Shown: positions 11,441 to 24,679 of the stretch, piece after piece
Layout: every line of letters begins with the position of its first letter
Numbering within the stretch: the stretch's first letter is position 1
Assembly: GCA_001938485.1 (NCBI GenBank)
Contig: MQRK01250698.1
Location: 11,518-75,517, forward strand
DNA from: Girardia tigrina
Taxonomy: Eukaryota
DNA length: 64,000 bases
Reading direction: 5' to 3'
Position numbers and translations under genes: made by a program
Notes under the pieces: model-generated
Told to the model about the DNA's origin: nothing
Seen by the model: only the letters and a program-made list of their open reading frames with translations
Databases searched by the model: none

Positions 11441-12475
11441 CTGTAATCTGTTAATTCGTACGAAATATTGATTTGTGTTCTGTCATCAAAAATTGAATTA
11501 TTATTATTATTTTTGACTTGTTAATTTTTGTTATTTGAAATAAAGTTTCATAAAAGAATTTGTGTTTATTGTCTATATATTTATGTCGGTAGTCCTTTCT
11601 GATTTATTGGAATCAGATTAAAGATTAAAGAGTAAAGATTTGTGTTTAAAAAAGTAAATATTTAAAATTAAAGATTTTTAATACCCAACAAGATGGATTT
11701 TTTGGTAGAGTCAATTAAACGAAGTCCACTATCATTCATTGATAGTTGTTAATAAAACTGAAGATTGTAAGACTTAATTTTTTTAAATGGTAAATTTTCT
11801 ATAAAATTTTCTATAAAAATTTAATTTAGATACATATATTAGATTCTAAATGCTTCAAAGCATTACAATAGTTATAGATCATATTTGAATAATTTATACA
11901 TTGTTTATTTTAAAAAAAATTCGGAATACAAAACTTGTCATATGCCATTTTAAAAAATTAGAAAATAAATGGAAATTTTTTATAAAATTTATTCAAATAA
12001 CTTAGTAACTTTAATAATTTCAATAATTGTTGGATTTGTAAGTATGAGAATATTCACCAACTAAACTGACACTGGTTTGAGTTTAATTTCCAGGAAAAAA
12101 ATCAATCATATAAAAATATTAGGGTGACCAAAAAGTCTTAAAACACTATAAAAATATTTTGTTACAAAATTTTATTTATACAATAAAAACTTTTCATCAT
12201 AGTACATGCCATCCTTGTATGTACTTAACCCTAACCGTTATCATTTGCATCGATATGCAAGCCTCTGGATCTGCTCGAAATATCATTCTGGCTTCTTTGA
12301 ATCAAAGAACAGGTGGCATACTACCTTGACTTTGTTAATTGACTGGAATTCACACCCTTTCATAAAATTTACATTAAACGAAAGAGACCATAATCAAATG
12401 GAGCGCAGTGTGGACCATAAGGTGGATGCTGCAGAACCTCGACTTCCATCATTTGTTGGAACTTGTCTTTGGTCT
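11441..12475 (+). repeat. Left arm of ~1 kb inverted duplication (partner 15294-16343)
   Basis: Reverse-complement match throughout; gives near-identical spurious ORFs at 12206(+) and 15563(-). Confidence 0.92.
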
Positions 12476-13393
12476 TCTTAGGTTTTTCAGGTTTAGCATT
12501 TTATTGCTACACCAACACGCGCTTTCGGTTGTCAGGACCCGGATTATTAGACTTTAACTTTTTAAAACACATTTCAGTTGTTCGTAATACAGTTTGAAGG
12601 TGATGGCACGACCATTCGGAACCAATTTGAAAAGTACAATTCAAATTCAAAATTCCATCAGACAAAAATCATGATATTCTTGGCGAATATATTGTGCTTC
12701 GTAGTTAACGGCGTTAATTCACCCTTCTGAACCCAAAGCCTGTTCCTATTGTGGTTGACAAGGTACACCTACTTTTTATCTGATGTGACAATTCTTTTTC
12801 AAAACCTATCGTCGAAAGGATTATTGAGCAATTCAGGGCGAATTTCTAGTCTGTTAGTGGTTTGTGCTGAAGTTAACTCATGCACAAAATCCAACTAGTG
12901 CAAGTTATTTAATATTGTTTGGTGTGACTTAACACATATTTGTTTTGCCAGTTGACGACTGCTACACAAAGATTCGGCATTCAAAGTGGTTTTTAAATCT
13001 CTGGAGTCAGCTGTTGTTGGTTTTTCGGAACGGGACTCATCTTTTAGGCTCGTTTCACCAGATGTAAATCGCTTTTATCACAGTGCAATTGTATCATGAT
13101 TGACTTTTCCCTAACCTTTAGCATCACATATCTCTTTTGCAGCATCTCCAGTTGATAAGTTGCGCTTCCAGCAGTACCGGATCAAAACTAGAAGTTTTTT
13201 TGTTAATTTTGATCTTGTGTTTTGTTTTGTACCTACTAATAATACATTTACAAAATATAACATTTATAAACAAATCTTTAAAGAATATTAATTATTAGTA
13301 ATTAGCATTTTAATATTATCCAAGTGTATTAGTGTATTTGCAACAAAATATACTTTTTTCTATTGTGTATTAGAACTTTAAGGCTAACCTAAT
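12118..13393 (-). mobile_element. mariner transposon, degenerate
   Basis: Degenerate TIRs TATTAGGGTGACCAAAAAGTCTTAAAACAC / GTGTATTAGAACTTTAAGGCTAACCTAATA; ~1.28 kb; minus-strand remnants of IVTSDK, HSAPFDYGLFRL. Confidence 0.75.
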
Positions 13394-13682
13394 AAATGTA
13401 AATTCTCAAAACAACAAATTAAGAATTACTTTAATTGCATAAAAAAGCAGTTTCTGATGAAGATATAAAATGAGTAAATGAATTTTTGAAAAATGTAAAT
13501 TGCACTTTGGTCCTATTCGCAAACGTTCTGCTATATTCAAATATGCGATCAATAATTTCTTGGATTTAAAAACAAAAGCTACACTCACAAAAATTTAAAA
13601 GTTCAAAATTTAAAAATAAAAAAAAATAAATAAACAATTTTTCAAAATCTATTTTCAAAAAACCCAACATATTTAGTATGTA

Positions 13683-14867
13683 TTAGGGGTACCCAAATGT
13701 TATGTCGTTTTTTATTGATTTTTAGAAACAGAAATAAAACCATATAAAACATTTATTTAATCAGAAAAATAGTCCCCATCGCAATCGATGACCTTTTCCC
13801 AACGTGATATAAGTTTTTCTATGCCATTAGAAAAAAAGGATTCGTCCTTGGATTCGAAAAACTTCACCAGTCCCTTTTGGACATCATCCATTGATAGGAA
13901 TTTTTTACCCTGAAGATAATGTTGCAAAGATCTAAAGAGATGGTAATCCGAAGGGGCCAAGTCAGGAGAGTATGCCGGATGAGGTAGAACTTCNNNNNNN
14001 NNNNNNNNNNNNNNNNNNNNNNNNNNNNNNNNNNNNNNNNNNNNNNNNNNNNNNNNNNNNNNNNNNNNNNNNNNNNNNNNNNNNNNNNNNNNNNNNNNNN
14101 NNNNNNNNNNNNNNNNNNNNNNNNNNNNNNNNNNNNNNNNNNNNNNNNNNNNNNNNNNNNNNNNNNNNNNNNNNNNNNNNNNNNNNNNNNNNNNNNNNNN
14201 NNNNNNNNNNNNNNNNNNNNNNNNNNNNNNNNNNNNNNNNNNNNNNNNNNNNNNNNNNNNNNNNNNNNNNNNNNNNNNNNNNNNNNNNNNNNNNNNNNNN
14301 NNNNNNNNNNNNNNNNNNNNNNNNNNNNNNNNNNNNNNNNNNNNNNNNNNNNNNNNNNNNNNNNNNNNNNNNNNNNNNNNNNNNNNNNNNNNNNNNNNNN
14401 NNNNNNNNNNNNNNNNNNNNNNNNNNNNNNNNNNNNNNNNNNNNNNNNNNNNNNNNNNNNNNNNNNNNNNNNNNNNNNNNNNNNNNNNNNNNNNNNNNNN
14501 NNNNNNNNNNNNNNNNNNNCATCTTCTAAATCTTTCTTGCCTCCCTTGAATTTGGCAAACCATCGCTGACATTTGCGCACAGTCAGAGATTTCGGATATA
14601 CTTTATTTATGCCATAGGTGGCCTCTGTTGCCTTTAAAACGCGGTCAAATTGAAAAAGTATACAATGACGCAAATGTGACTCATCCAATTTGTCTATTTC
14701 ATCAATAAAATCATATGACATTTTATCTAAAAATAGGCACAAATCAAAGTTAATACACTAACTGAAATTAATAAATAAAAATGGTAGAGTCAAAATAATG
14801 TAGGCGGCAGTTAAACGATTTAGAAAAATATATCAAAAAAAACGACATAACATTTGGGTACCCCTAA
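13683..14867 (-). mobile_element. mariner transposon (young-looking; middle hidden by N gap), transposase ~14721-13757
   Basis: Perfect ~30-bp TIRs TTAGGGGTACCCAAATGTTATGTCGTTTTTT, TA on both sides; N-terminal HLRHCILF...CQRWFAKFK and C-terminal HPAYSPDLAPSDYHLF. Confidence 0.93.
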
Positions 14868-15293
14868 TAAATAACATACAGTTTCGGCTTTATCAATACA
14901 TCAATCTCCTATCAAAAAAGACAGCAGTTTGTTTGGGTTCAAGTATCTGGGGCTGCTGTCCACTACTAGATCGTCAAAAGTTCTTGTACAAGTTTGTCAA
15001 ATGTCAAGGAGAAATTTTTAAAGACAAAGTCAACTTGTGCTGTCTACCATGTCACATCACACTACACTTTGTCTTATGACAACTCCTACTGTCAGCAATG
15101 TTAATTCTCCTTCTATCTAAAATATTTCTCTCAAAAATATGAGTCTCTATGGTGTGTCTGAGACATAATTTATGATGACGCTTTTCATTCTCAAGAGGTA
15201 ATATCCACGATGCTTTTAATTCACCGAAACAAAGATTATTGTTGTGAAGTTAATCGTAAACTGATGTGCTTGAATAAATTTAAGTATCGTTAC

Positions 15294-16343
15294 AGACCAA
15301 AGACAAGTTCCAACAAATGATGGAAGTCGAGGTTCTGCAGCATCCACCTTATGGTCCACACTGCGCTCCATTTGATTATGGTCTCTTTCGTTTAATGCAA
15401 ATTTTATGAAAGGGTGTGAATTCCAGTCAATTAACAAAGTCAAGGTAGTATGCCACCTGTTCTTTGATTCAAAGATGCCAGAATGATATTTCGAGCAGAT
15501 CCAGGGGCTTGCATATCGATGCAAATGATAACGGTTAGGGTTAAGTACATACAAGGATGGCATGTACTATGATGAAAAGTTTTTATTGTATAAATAAAAT
15601 TTTGCAACAAAATATTTTTATAGTGATTTAAGACTTTTTGGCCACCCTAATATTTTTATATGATTGATTTTTTTCCTGGAAATTAAACTCAAACCAGTGT
15701 CAGTTTAGTTGGTGAATATTCTCATACTTACAAATCCAACAATTATTGAAATTATTAAAGTCACTAGGTTATTTGAATAAATTTTATAAAAAATTTCCAT
15801 TTATTTTCTAATTTTTTAAAATGGCATATGACAAGTTTTGTATTCCGAATTTTTTTTAAAATAAACAATGTATAAATTATTCAAATATGATCTATAACTA
15901 TTGTAATGCTTTGAAGCATTTAGAATCTAATATATGTATCTAAATTAAATTTTTATAGAAAATTTTATAGAAAATGTACCATTTAAAAAAATTAAGTCTT
16001 ACAATCTTCAGTTTTATTAACAACTATCAATGAATGATAGTGGACTTCGTTTAATTGACTCTACCAAAAAATCCATCTTGTTCATTTTGTTGAGTATTAA
16101 AAATCTTTAATTTTAAATATTTACTTTTTTAAACACAAATCTTTATTCTTTAATCTTTAATCTGACTCCAATAAATCAGTAAGGACTTCCAACATAAATA
16201 TATAGACAATAAACACAAATTATTTTATGAAACTTTATTTCAAATAACAAAAATTAACAAGTCAAAAATAATAATAATAATTAAATTCTTGATGACAGAA
16301 CACAAACACAAAACAATATTTCGAACGTGTTAACACATTACAG
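15294..16343 (-). repeat. Right arm of ~1 kb inverted duplication (partner 11441-12475)
   Basis: Contains the 3' end and TIR of the 12118 mariner plus ~680 bp of its flank, inverted. Confidence 0.92.
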
Positions 16344-16399
16344 ATTCTTCAACCAAAAAATAGGAAATGCAAAACTGAATGTTCTTCACTTCTTGGATA

Positions 16400-16930
16400 A
16401 ATCAAAAGCTTTCTCAAAAAAATTTATTTTAAGCTTGAAAATAGATTAAAAAATAGTCCATGAAAATTGGGCAATTCAATGTGAATTTCAAATTGGAAGT
16501 TAACATTGTTTGGAATATTTGATACATCAACCAACATCAGGAGAGGAAGGGACATCATCCGCTATAAATATTTTGTTCCAATCTTATGACAATCAAAAAT
16601 TATCATTATTCAGAAATGAAAAACTTGAGTAAAATTAATATGGAAGCTCTAATCCATCCTCCATATTCACCTGACATTAGTACCATTAGATTACCATTTG
16701 TTTAGATCCTTGCAAAACCTTTTTAGGGATTTTGATTCTCTGTAAATATTTTATGTTAAACAGAGTAAATTCAAGGAAGATAATGGAATCATCAAAATTA
16801 TCTGAAAGAGGAAAAATAGTTATAAATCAAAATGAACAACACATTTTTCTATGGTCTTCATATTTGTTTACTGATAAAAGTCTGATATTACTAATTTTAT
16901 AATACAATTTTTAGGTTAGACACTTATTGA
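16400..16930 (+). mobile_element. mariner remnant
   Basis: LIHPPYSPD...DYHLFRSLQN readable at ~16650-16720; bounds approximate. Confidence 0.6.
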
Positions 16931-19074
16931 AAACATCACGTACATATATAATTATATATAAGCACATTTTTAATGCTTAGTGTAACGGAACCATTTATAT
17001 TTATATTCCTAATAAAAGAAGTTTATCTGTTTTTGTATGATTAAATTTTAGTCAATAAAGAAGTAACAACGAGAACTGAATAATGATACAAAAAAGATAA
17101 TTTATTATTTATTTGTTATTTATAATTACTCTCGGTAATAAAATTCTTCTTATTCCTCTTACCCATGATGGAATCATGTTGCTTCTTTCTTTATAATTTC
17201 TTGTCATTATTAACTGTTATTGTAAAGGATGGTAAATTAATAGTGTTAATTTTCAGTGAGCTTCCTTCTTTCGGGGAAACCAAACAAGACCAAGATGTTG
17301 CGAAAATTTTAACACAGATCAATTCTCAAATGTAAATAAATTTTTAAACTAAATCATAATATCACAGTGTTATTTACAATAATTAATCAAAGGAAAGAAA
17401 AAGATTTTTACGACTAAATCACAATAAAAAAGAAGAGTGTCTTTAAGAGGATAAAAATAAATTAATTACTTTACAATTAATATCAGTACAGGAAAATACA
17501 CTGTTGTCAATTGAAATGCCGAGAGAAAGCGTATGATAATTTGTTTGCCCGGACAGAAAATTTGTATGGTCTCGACAACGTGATAGGTGTTGGGACCAGT
17601 CGGCAATTGACTGATCGAATTAAAAAGAAGTGAATTCAAGATCAACTGTCGCAACTCGTCAAAATAACAGAATCAACTATTTTCTAGTAGTTTCAGTTAA
17701 TAGTGTTCAAATAACACACGAAAACCAGTATCAATTGTGAAAAAAAAGTAAAATAAATCTGTTCCTTAAATAAACAAACACAGAGTAATAAATATAATAG
17801 TTAATTATGAATTTAAAATTTAATATTCTTACATTCCATATCAACATTGATTTTGCTACGCGATTTCAAAATACACATTTTAATTAAAATTTATATTTAT
17901 TGTTTATTTATAATAAAGATCACCCTTGTGGAGATTGCCACTGAAAGTAAGACATCCCACGAGGGACNNNNNNNNNNNNNNNNNNNNNNNNNNNNNNNNN
18001 NNNNNNNNNNNNNNNNNNNNNNNNNNNNNNNNNNNNNNNNNNNNNNNNNNNNNNNNNNNNNNNNNNNNNNNNNNNNNNNNNNNNNNNNNNNNNNNNNNNN
18101 NNNNNNNNNNNNNNNNNNNNNNNNNNNNNNNNNNNNNNNNNNNNNNNNNNNNNNNNNNNNNNNNNNNNNNNNNNNNNNNNNNNNNNNNNNNNNNNNNNNN
18201 NNNNNNNNNNNNNNNNNNNNNNNNNNNNNNNNNNNNNNNNNNNNNNNNNNNNNNNNNNNNNNNNNNNNNNNNNNNNNNNNNNNNNNNNNNNNNNNNNNNN
18301 NNNNNNNNNNNNNNNNNNNNNNNNNNNNNNNNNNNNNNNNNNNNNNNNNNNNNNNNNNNNNNNNNNNNNNNNNNNNNNNNNNNNNNNNNNNNNNNNNNNN
18401 NNNNNNNNNNNNNNNNNNNNNNNNNNNNNNNNNNNNNNNNNNNNNNNNNNNNNNNNNNNNNNNNNNNNNNNNNNNNNNNNNNNNNNNNNNNNNNNNNNNN
18501 NNNNNNNNNNNNNNNNNNNNNNNNNNNNNNNNNNNNNNNNNNNNNNNNNNNNNNNNNNNNNNNNNNNNNNNNNNNNNNNNNNNNNNNNNNNNNNNNNNNN
18601 NNNNNNNNNNNNNNNNNNNNNNNNNNNNNNNNNCTTTTAATTCAAATTTTTAAATTCTCTCACTACCTTGACTACATCAAGCAGCCAAGTAAGTTATATA
18701 AATTTTAATTTTTATAAATTAATCAATATATTATAATATAGTAAATAATAATCTTATTAATGTCTATAATAATTTATACCACTTAATTAATATATAATAG
18801 GCCTAACAATTAAACAAATAATATAAATAATAATAAATAACACAAACACCTGAACAGTCCCCNNNNNNNNNNCAGCAGCCTTCAGTGACTAATTAAAAGA
18901 AATATAAAATACAACATATAATACACAATATTATATACCCAAAAATAAAAGAGAATATAATTAAGAATTAATTTTAATTAATTAAAGGAAGATATTAAAA
19001 CATTAAGACTGAAAAGTGATAAAATAGAGCTCCAGAAAAAAAACTGTTCAAGGGTTTATACAATATATATATAT

Positions 19075-19620
19075 ATATAATTGTGGCGAAAAGTTTAACA
19101 CCATTTTAAAAATTTTGTTATTTTTTATAAACTTTAAGAACGAGAAATTGACCAACAACATTTATTGGATTAAATGATCAGCAAAACATTTAGATATGAT
19201 TAACAAGTGTTTACACAGATTATGTTGAATCTATAACGAGTTGGACTATCTTTTGTAGCGATTACCACATGTATGTAGTCAGGCATTGAATTCACCAAAT
19301 TCTTGTACATCTCTCGAGAAATCTGTTCAATCCAAACTACTTGGATTCCGGAGCTTTTTACGACCGCTAATTTTCTTTCTATCTGATTTAAGTTTTAATG
19401 CTAATGTAAGTTTCATGCATTCCATTTATGGTATTCATAGAATTGAATACACTTTCTGGTTAGTTTGGTTCTGCATTTACGTAGTTAGATTTAAAAATTC
19501 ATGCTGAGTTTCTTTCGAAACACGTTTTCCCGATCCCCATTCCCATACAATTATTTCTCTCTCATGTGAAACTCGCACCCTTTAAGGTCTTATGCCAAAT
19601 GTTTTTTAGTATGTCCTGGA
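19075..19620 (-). mobile_element. Tc1-like remnant
   Basis: TIR-like start ATTGTGGCGAAAAGTTT and degraded transposase-like segments; weak. Confidence 0.35.
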
Positions 19621-20689
19621 AGGCTGATAGAACTATTTACTGTTTAAAATATTTACTGCTCCACCAGAATTATTGAACTCGACTGATTTCCTCGCAATAC
19701 ATCATCGCATCTTTACTCAACCTGATTGATCAATCTTATATATTACCATCGAACGCGGCTTCAGCTTGCTTCACAGATGTTTTCAAACTCAGTACCGCCG
19801 ATCAGCTCCATTGGTTTCATATCCAAAATAGTTACAAGACTTGTAAAAATATTGCTGGCTCACTGGTACTGCAAATTTTTTATTGGCATTTATAACAGTA
19901 TTTTGACCATTTTTCAGACACTTTCGCCAAAAACGGAATTAAATCTTCCTTCTAGTTTCCCAGGGACATTACGTGGAAGTTTGTCTGACTGGCGTGTACA
20001 TATTAATAATGTAACAAATCTCCTTTTCTTTAATGTACGAATTTTTAAATCCATGACTACTTAATTTGTACACATTATTTGCTTTTACTACATTTCCGGT
20101 TTTTAATTACACTGTAAGGAAGTCTCTAACTTTAGATGTTCCTGACCCTATTTTAATATTGTCGAAATTTTAATAAATGCTATTCTTAAATCTTTTAAAT
20201 CCTTGCAATATAAATTTTTATAATTTTAATGAGCTCTGCTTCATTTTAATTTTTGGTTTCTTGAGTGGGCACTCTGTCAAACGTTAGTCTAAGTTAATCT
20301 CTATCTTATGACCCTTTAACACATGATTATTGAAATGTTTTCTACAAATGTCAAATGATGTTCTGTGCACAAAAGAATATTTCATTTCTCTTCAATGAGG
20401 AATGTTTCATTTAGAAAGATAGTGTTGCACTGATTACATTCATCACTGCAAAACTGCCTTCATTTTTTCTTGTATTTCATGGATTCATTTAAAGAAGAAC
20501 ATTCTTTGTATAAAGTATAAGTGAACGATATATTCATAGTTTCCCATGACAAAATTACCCTAGAATCATTTCTGAATTTTATGAACTCGCTCACAATAAT
20601 ATTACAGGAAGGTGGTTTTAATTACATATTGAGAAAAAAGAAATGAAATATTAAGAATAATATATTTCAATAGGAAGTTGTACCTCCCT

Positions 20690-21540
20690 CAACACGCAAA
20701 AGTTCTTTCACTCGGCGACACATGCTTTTTGGCCCACCAGAACAAAATTTACGTATGGCAGAGGAGGAAAATCATATTTCTAGACATATTTCCCTTAATT
20801 CCTACTTGGAAACATTTCATTTTTGAACATCACTTTTCAACAGGTTCTAAACTGTCTCTATCGGATTCATGTCTGGGCTGTTTCCAGGTCAAAGCAACTC
20901 AGTTACTCCATTGTTCTCCAAGTGTGATCACGTTTTTCTTGAAGTGTGAAATGAGGCGTGGTCTTCGTGGAAGATTCACTCCTCAGTTCCATACCAGTTC
21001 TCTGCATGTGTGTCAAAAGATGTGTCAAAGGCAGGTGTCAAATACTTGACGGTATTGTTTGGATGCCATTAACCCTTTTACCTTGTGTAGACGTCCAGAT
21101 CCTCTGCTGTAGAGCATCCCCAGATCATCATTCCAGGAGGAATTTATTGCCGACTTTGCACATGACCTTGTTGAATCCGCTCTCCAGCACTTCTTCGAAC
21201 AAATTGTCTCCTGTGGTGACCTGCTTCCATCTTTGTCTCATCAATGAAGACAACCTTCAATGAAACCAAATCAAGCGAAGATTTTCCATGTAATAAGAAT
21301 AATATCATGCCGTTACATACTCATTACAGTATTTACCTTGCTCCATTTGTCTGCTGTTCAGTGCCCATGTTGCTCTACGCACTGAAGTCTTTGTTCCATC
21401 ATTAGATTAGTGAGCAATGGAACCCTCTTTGGTCGATAGTTGGGTCATCCTGCATGCTTGAAATACTCTCGAATTTGACGTGCTGATACATTAGATACAA
21501 ACATGGTAGTTTTACTTTTTGCCGTACCATCCATCTTTCT
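20690..21540 (-). mobile_element. Tc1 transposase remnant
   Basis: Minus strand reads DHASFHT...(W)PGNSPDMNPIE at ~20860-20965. Confidence 0.7.
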
Positions 21541-22329
21541 TTTATCCATTTATGTAAAGTGTTGCTAAATATAAATTAAAAACGTAAAATTTAAATACGA
21601 AATGTCACCTTGATGAAAATTTAAACAAATCTTCATTAAAATCAATAGAAATGAATAATTAATAAATTATTTAAAAGAAAAATTATTATATAATGAAAAT
21701 TATTAAAAACTGAAACCTAATTTAAAAATATGTTTGATAATATTAATGATAAATTAAATACCAAATGTAATATTAAAGAATCTGTAAAGATTATTCATTA
21801 TAAATAGATATATAGTCGAAAATTTTAATAATTTTCAATTTCATTTTTCTTTCATTAGGAATATTATTTTAAAGGAAATTTGACTATAACAAGTATTAAT
21901 ATCAATCAAATTTCTCAAATTATTCCAATACATTCCGGGGTGTCAACTAAACCCGAGCCATAAATCTATGGAAATCAACAATAATCCGTCCATCTAAAAT
22001 CAGACTGGTCTGAGAAACGAAATCGAGGAATTCGTGGAAAGTTTGAGAAATTTGCGGTAGATGCCAAAATTAGTGAAATTTACGATTGCCACGATAGCCG
22101 CAAAAAAAATTACAGCCTTAATCATCATATATGTTCTCAACAAATTTAATGCTTTGATGGATACACTGAGTAAATTTCATCCATCGAATATTTAAAGAAC
22201 AATAAAACACGATTTTTGAAAATTTATTATTTGATAATTCTGATTATTAAAACAACAATATTTGTTTTAAAATCGTTTTTTTAATAATTAGAAATAATAT
22301 TTTTAATTTAAGTAAATGCAGTTTACACA

Positions 22330-23234
22330 CTGTAATCACTTAGCGAACCATCATCAAGGTACTGATTTAGAAAAAAATGGTTCAGATTCCTACGATACCA
22401 GTCTTTAAAGGCCTTAACAATGCCTTAGTCTAACGGCTGGATGATTGGCGTGGAATATTTTCGAAAAAAAGAGTAGTTCTACATTTTGAAATTTAAAATC
22501 CACTAAAAGAACAGAGGCGTTGTCTAAACTGAGAGGATTTTTCTATTCTGTGAAGCCATAAGACTGTCAAGATCTTTTAGCCAATTATAGAATAAATGTC
22601 CAGTCATCCAAGGTTTTTTAGATGATTGATGTTGTATCTTTAGATATTTCGAAATTTCTTTTGCACTTCTGAAATAATGTGAGTTTTGTGATTTTGCAAT
22701 AGACAAGATTTGGAGCTTTTCTCCTCTAATACTAATAGTAAAAGGTAATGTAATTCTTTCTTTTTTTGTTTAAATTTTTGCACAAGATAAATTTCATGAG
22801 CGAATGATCTATTTTTTATTGACTTGAAAAACAATCTAGTTTCATCACAAATAAATACGTTGAGTTCTCCATAATTTTTCATTTTTTTCTGCTAAACTTG
22901 GTAAAATTCTTTGAAATTTGTTTTATCGACAAGTCGACTCTCTCCAGATTGTACTTTACTTTGGATTAAAAAAGTTTTTTAAAGCAAGCCAACCACCAAT
23001 TAGATGCTACAAAACCTACTAATTCAAGTTTTTGAGCGATATCTAACGCTTTGGTTTGCATGTCTTTATTTGAAATACAATAGTTTGTCGATCTCATTTG
23101 AACAAACCATTCAAACACACATTCGTTAAGAAACCCGGTTTTCCTCTCTTTCGAGTTGGTATTTTCTTCCTCATTTTTAGTATTCATTATCTCCTTGTTT
23201 TTAGTAATAATATTATTTACCATACAAACGGACA
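22330..23234 (-). mobile_element. Tigger/pogo transposase pseudogene
   Basis: CENP-B-type HTH (FEWFVQMR...FVASNWWLACFKK), NVFICDETRLFF, KKPWMT...RKIL fragments in shifting frames. Confidence 0.8.
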
Positions 23235-24024
23235 CAAGATCTGCTTATGACGAATTTCGAAATAGAAAATCGTTGAAGTGACAAATACAAAAAAAGAAAT
23301 ATGATAAAATAAGAAATTCTAAATTAAATTTATTTAATTAAAATTCAATGAGCGTTTACTTTTTCTTTTGTATTGAATAAATTTACAAGATAGGCTGACA
23401 TCCTCTTCGGTTATCAGCCAAATAAGAATGCAAAATAATAAGTATAAAATAATTATTATTTTTCAACTACTGAATCTTTCTAAATTATTCTGAAATTATA
23501 ATAATAACTATTTATATTTTTAGATTGTTCATACGTATTCACATTTTTCAAATATTTTGTTTTCCAATTATTCATGAATATGAATTTTAAACAATATGAT
23601 AAATTTGATAAATTTAGAGATGATAAAATATTATCAACATGCAAAGGTCAAGAAGTAAAATTATTAATTCTGTTTTCACCTACGAATTACTAATTATGAG
23701 CCACATACAAAGTGAACTATAAAAATTAAAATTTTAAAGTCTTTTCCCAATCATTTTTTATATATATTTTTTTTAAGTATGTATGTTGGTATAAGTATAT
23801 ATGCGGCTATAGCTGTCGTTCTCAATCAGCAATCTTTTATGATGGAATTTTTTCAAACATTCTAAATTAACTGATTGTTGTAAGTATTAAGAACACCAAC
23901 AATGGTTTTCAAACTTTATTTTCATTACAATCAGAATTGTCTTTTGGACAACTCTCAGCAAAACTCTCGTCATTCGACATCGTTCTAAATTGATTATTTT
24001 TTGTTAATGTTTGTTAATAAACAA
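23235..24024 (+). repeat. Direct copy of 6681-7429 (5' region of the pogo-like element)
   Basis: High identity from CAAGATCTGC to TTAATAAACAA, with a ~49-bp replacement at ~23785-23833. Confidence 0.9.
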
Positions 24025-24269
24025 TTATTCGAACAAATTTTTCATTATTTTCAGATTTTATTTTGAAAATTCAAATTTTGTAGTTTTAGTATTAATTTTA
24101 TTTACATATTAATTTTATTTAAAAAATATTTTATTGAAAGAAGGAACATTTATTTAATTCAAAACTTAGTTAAAACTTTTTATTTTATTTAAATTTTAAT
24201 ATGAAAATTTGAAATGATTTAATATTTTTAATGTTTTTACATATCTTATGCTGTACTTTAAAATATAAA

Positions 24270-24413
24270 TTATACTCGAATAATTATTTATCGTGAACAT
24301 CTAAAATATCAATTTTCCATCTGGGTGGGAGAAACACATTTCCAAATACTAAACTCAACATACAAAATTCAACAAACCAATTTTAACATACCAAATTTAA
24401 AATATTCCTCACA
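24270..24413 (-). mobile_element. Gypsy-family LTR fragment (5' part)
   Basis: Minus strand begins TGTGAGGAATATT and contains TCTCCCACCCAGATGG, like the other family LTRs. Confidence 0.7.
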
Positions 24414-24679
24414 GTAAATATGGATTGAACTGAGAAAATTAATAAAAGTTTGGGGCGTGATAGTTCAGGAAGTATTAAAATTTCTTACCACATTTTATCA
24501 CAAAGAAGTATTTATTTTATTTATTAAAAAGTAATTTTGTGGGTGTAGAAACAAGTGCGTCAAATTATTAATATTATTTCAAATTAAATACTACATTTTA
24601 AACTACGTATTAAAACAAAGTGTATTTAAATACGACACACGCACCCTGACTTCAAGACACGTGCATTATCCTAGCAAGG

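Noticed and set aside
12225-12240. Telomere-like TTAACCCTAACC
   Set aside because: Fewer than two full units, inside mariner sequence.
12206-12481. Duplicated ORF MPSLYVLNPNRY... (also 15216-15563)
   Set aside because: Antisense to the mariner transposase 3' end; repeated only because of the inverted duplication.
17847-18708. Long ORFs of 260-268 aa
   Set aside because: Artefacts of the N gap; the same applies to the X-rich ORFs at 6312-6653 and 13962-14529.
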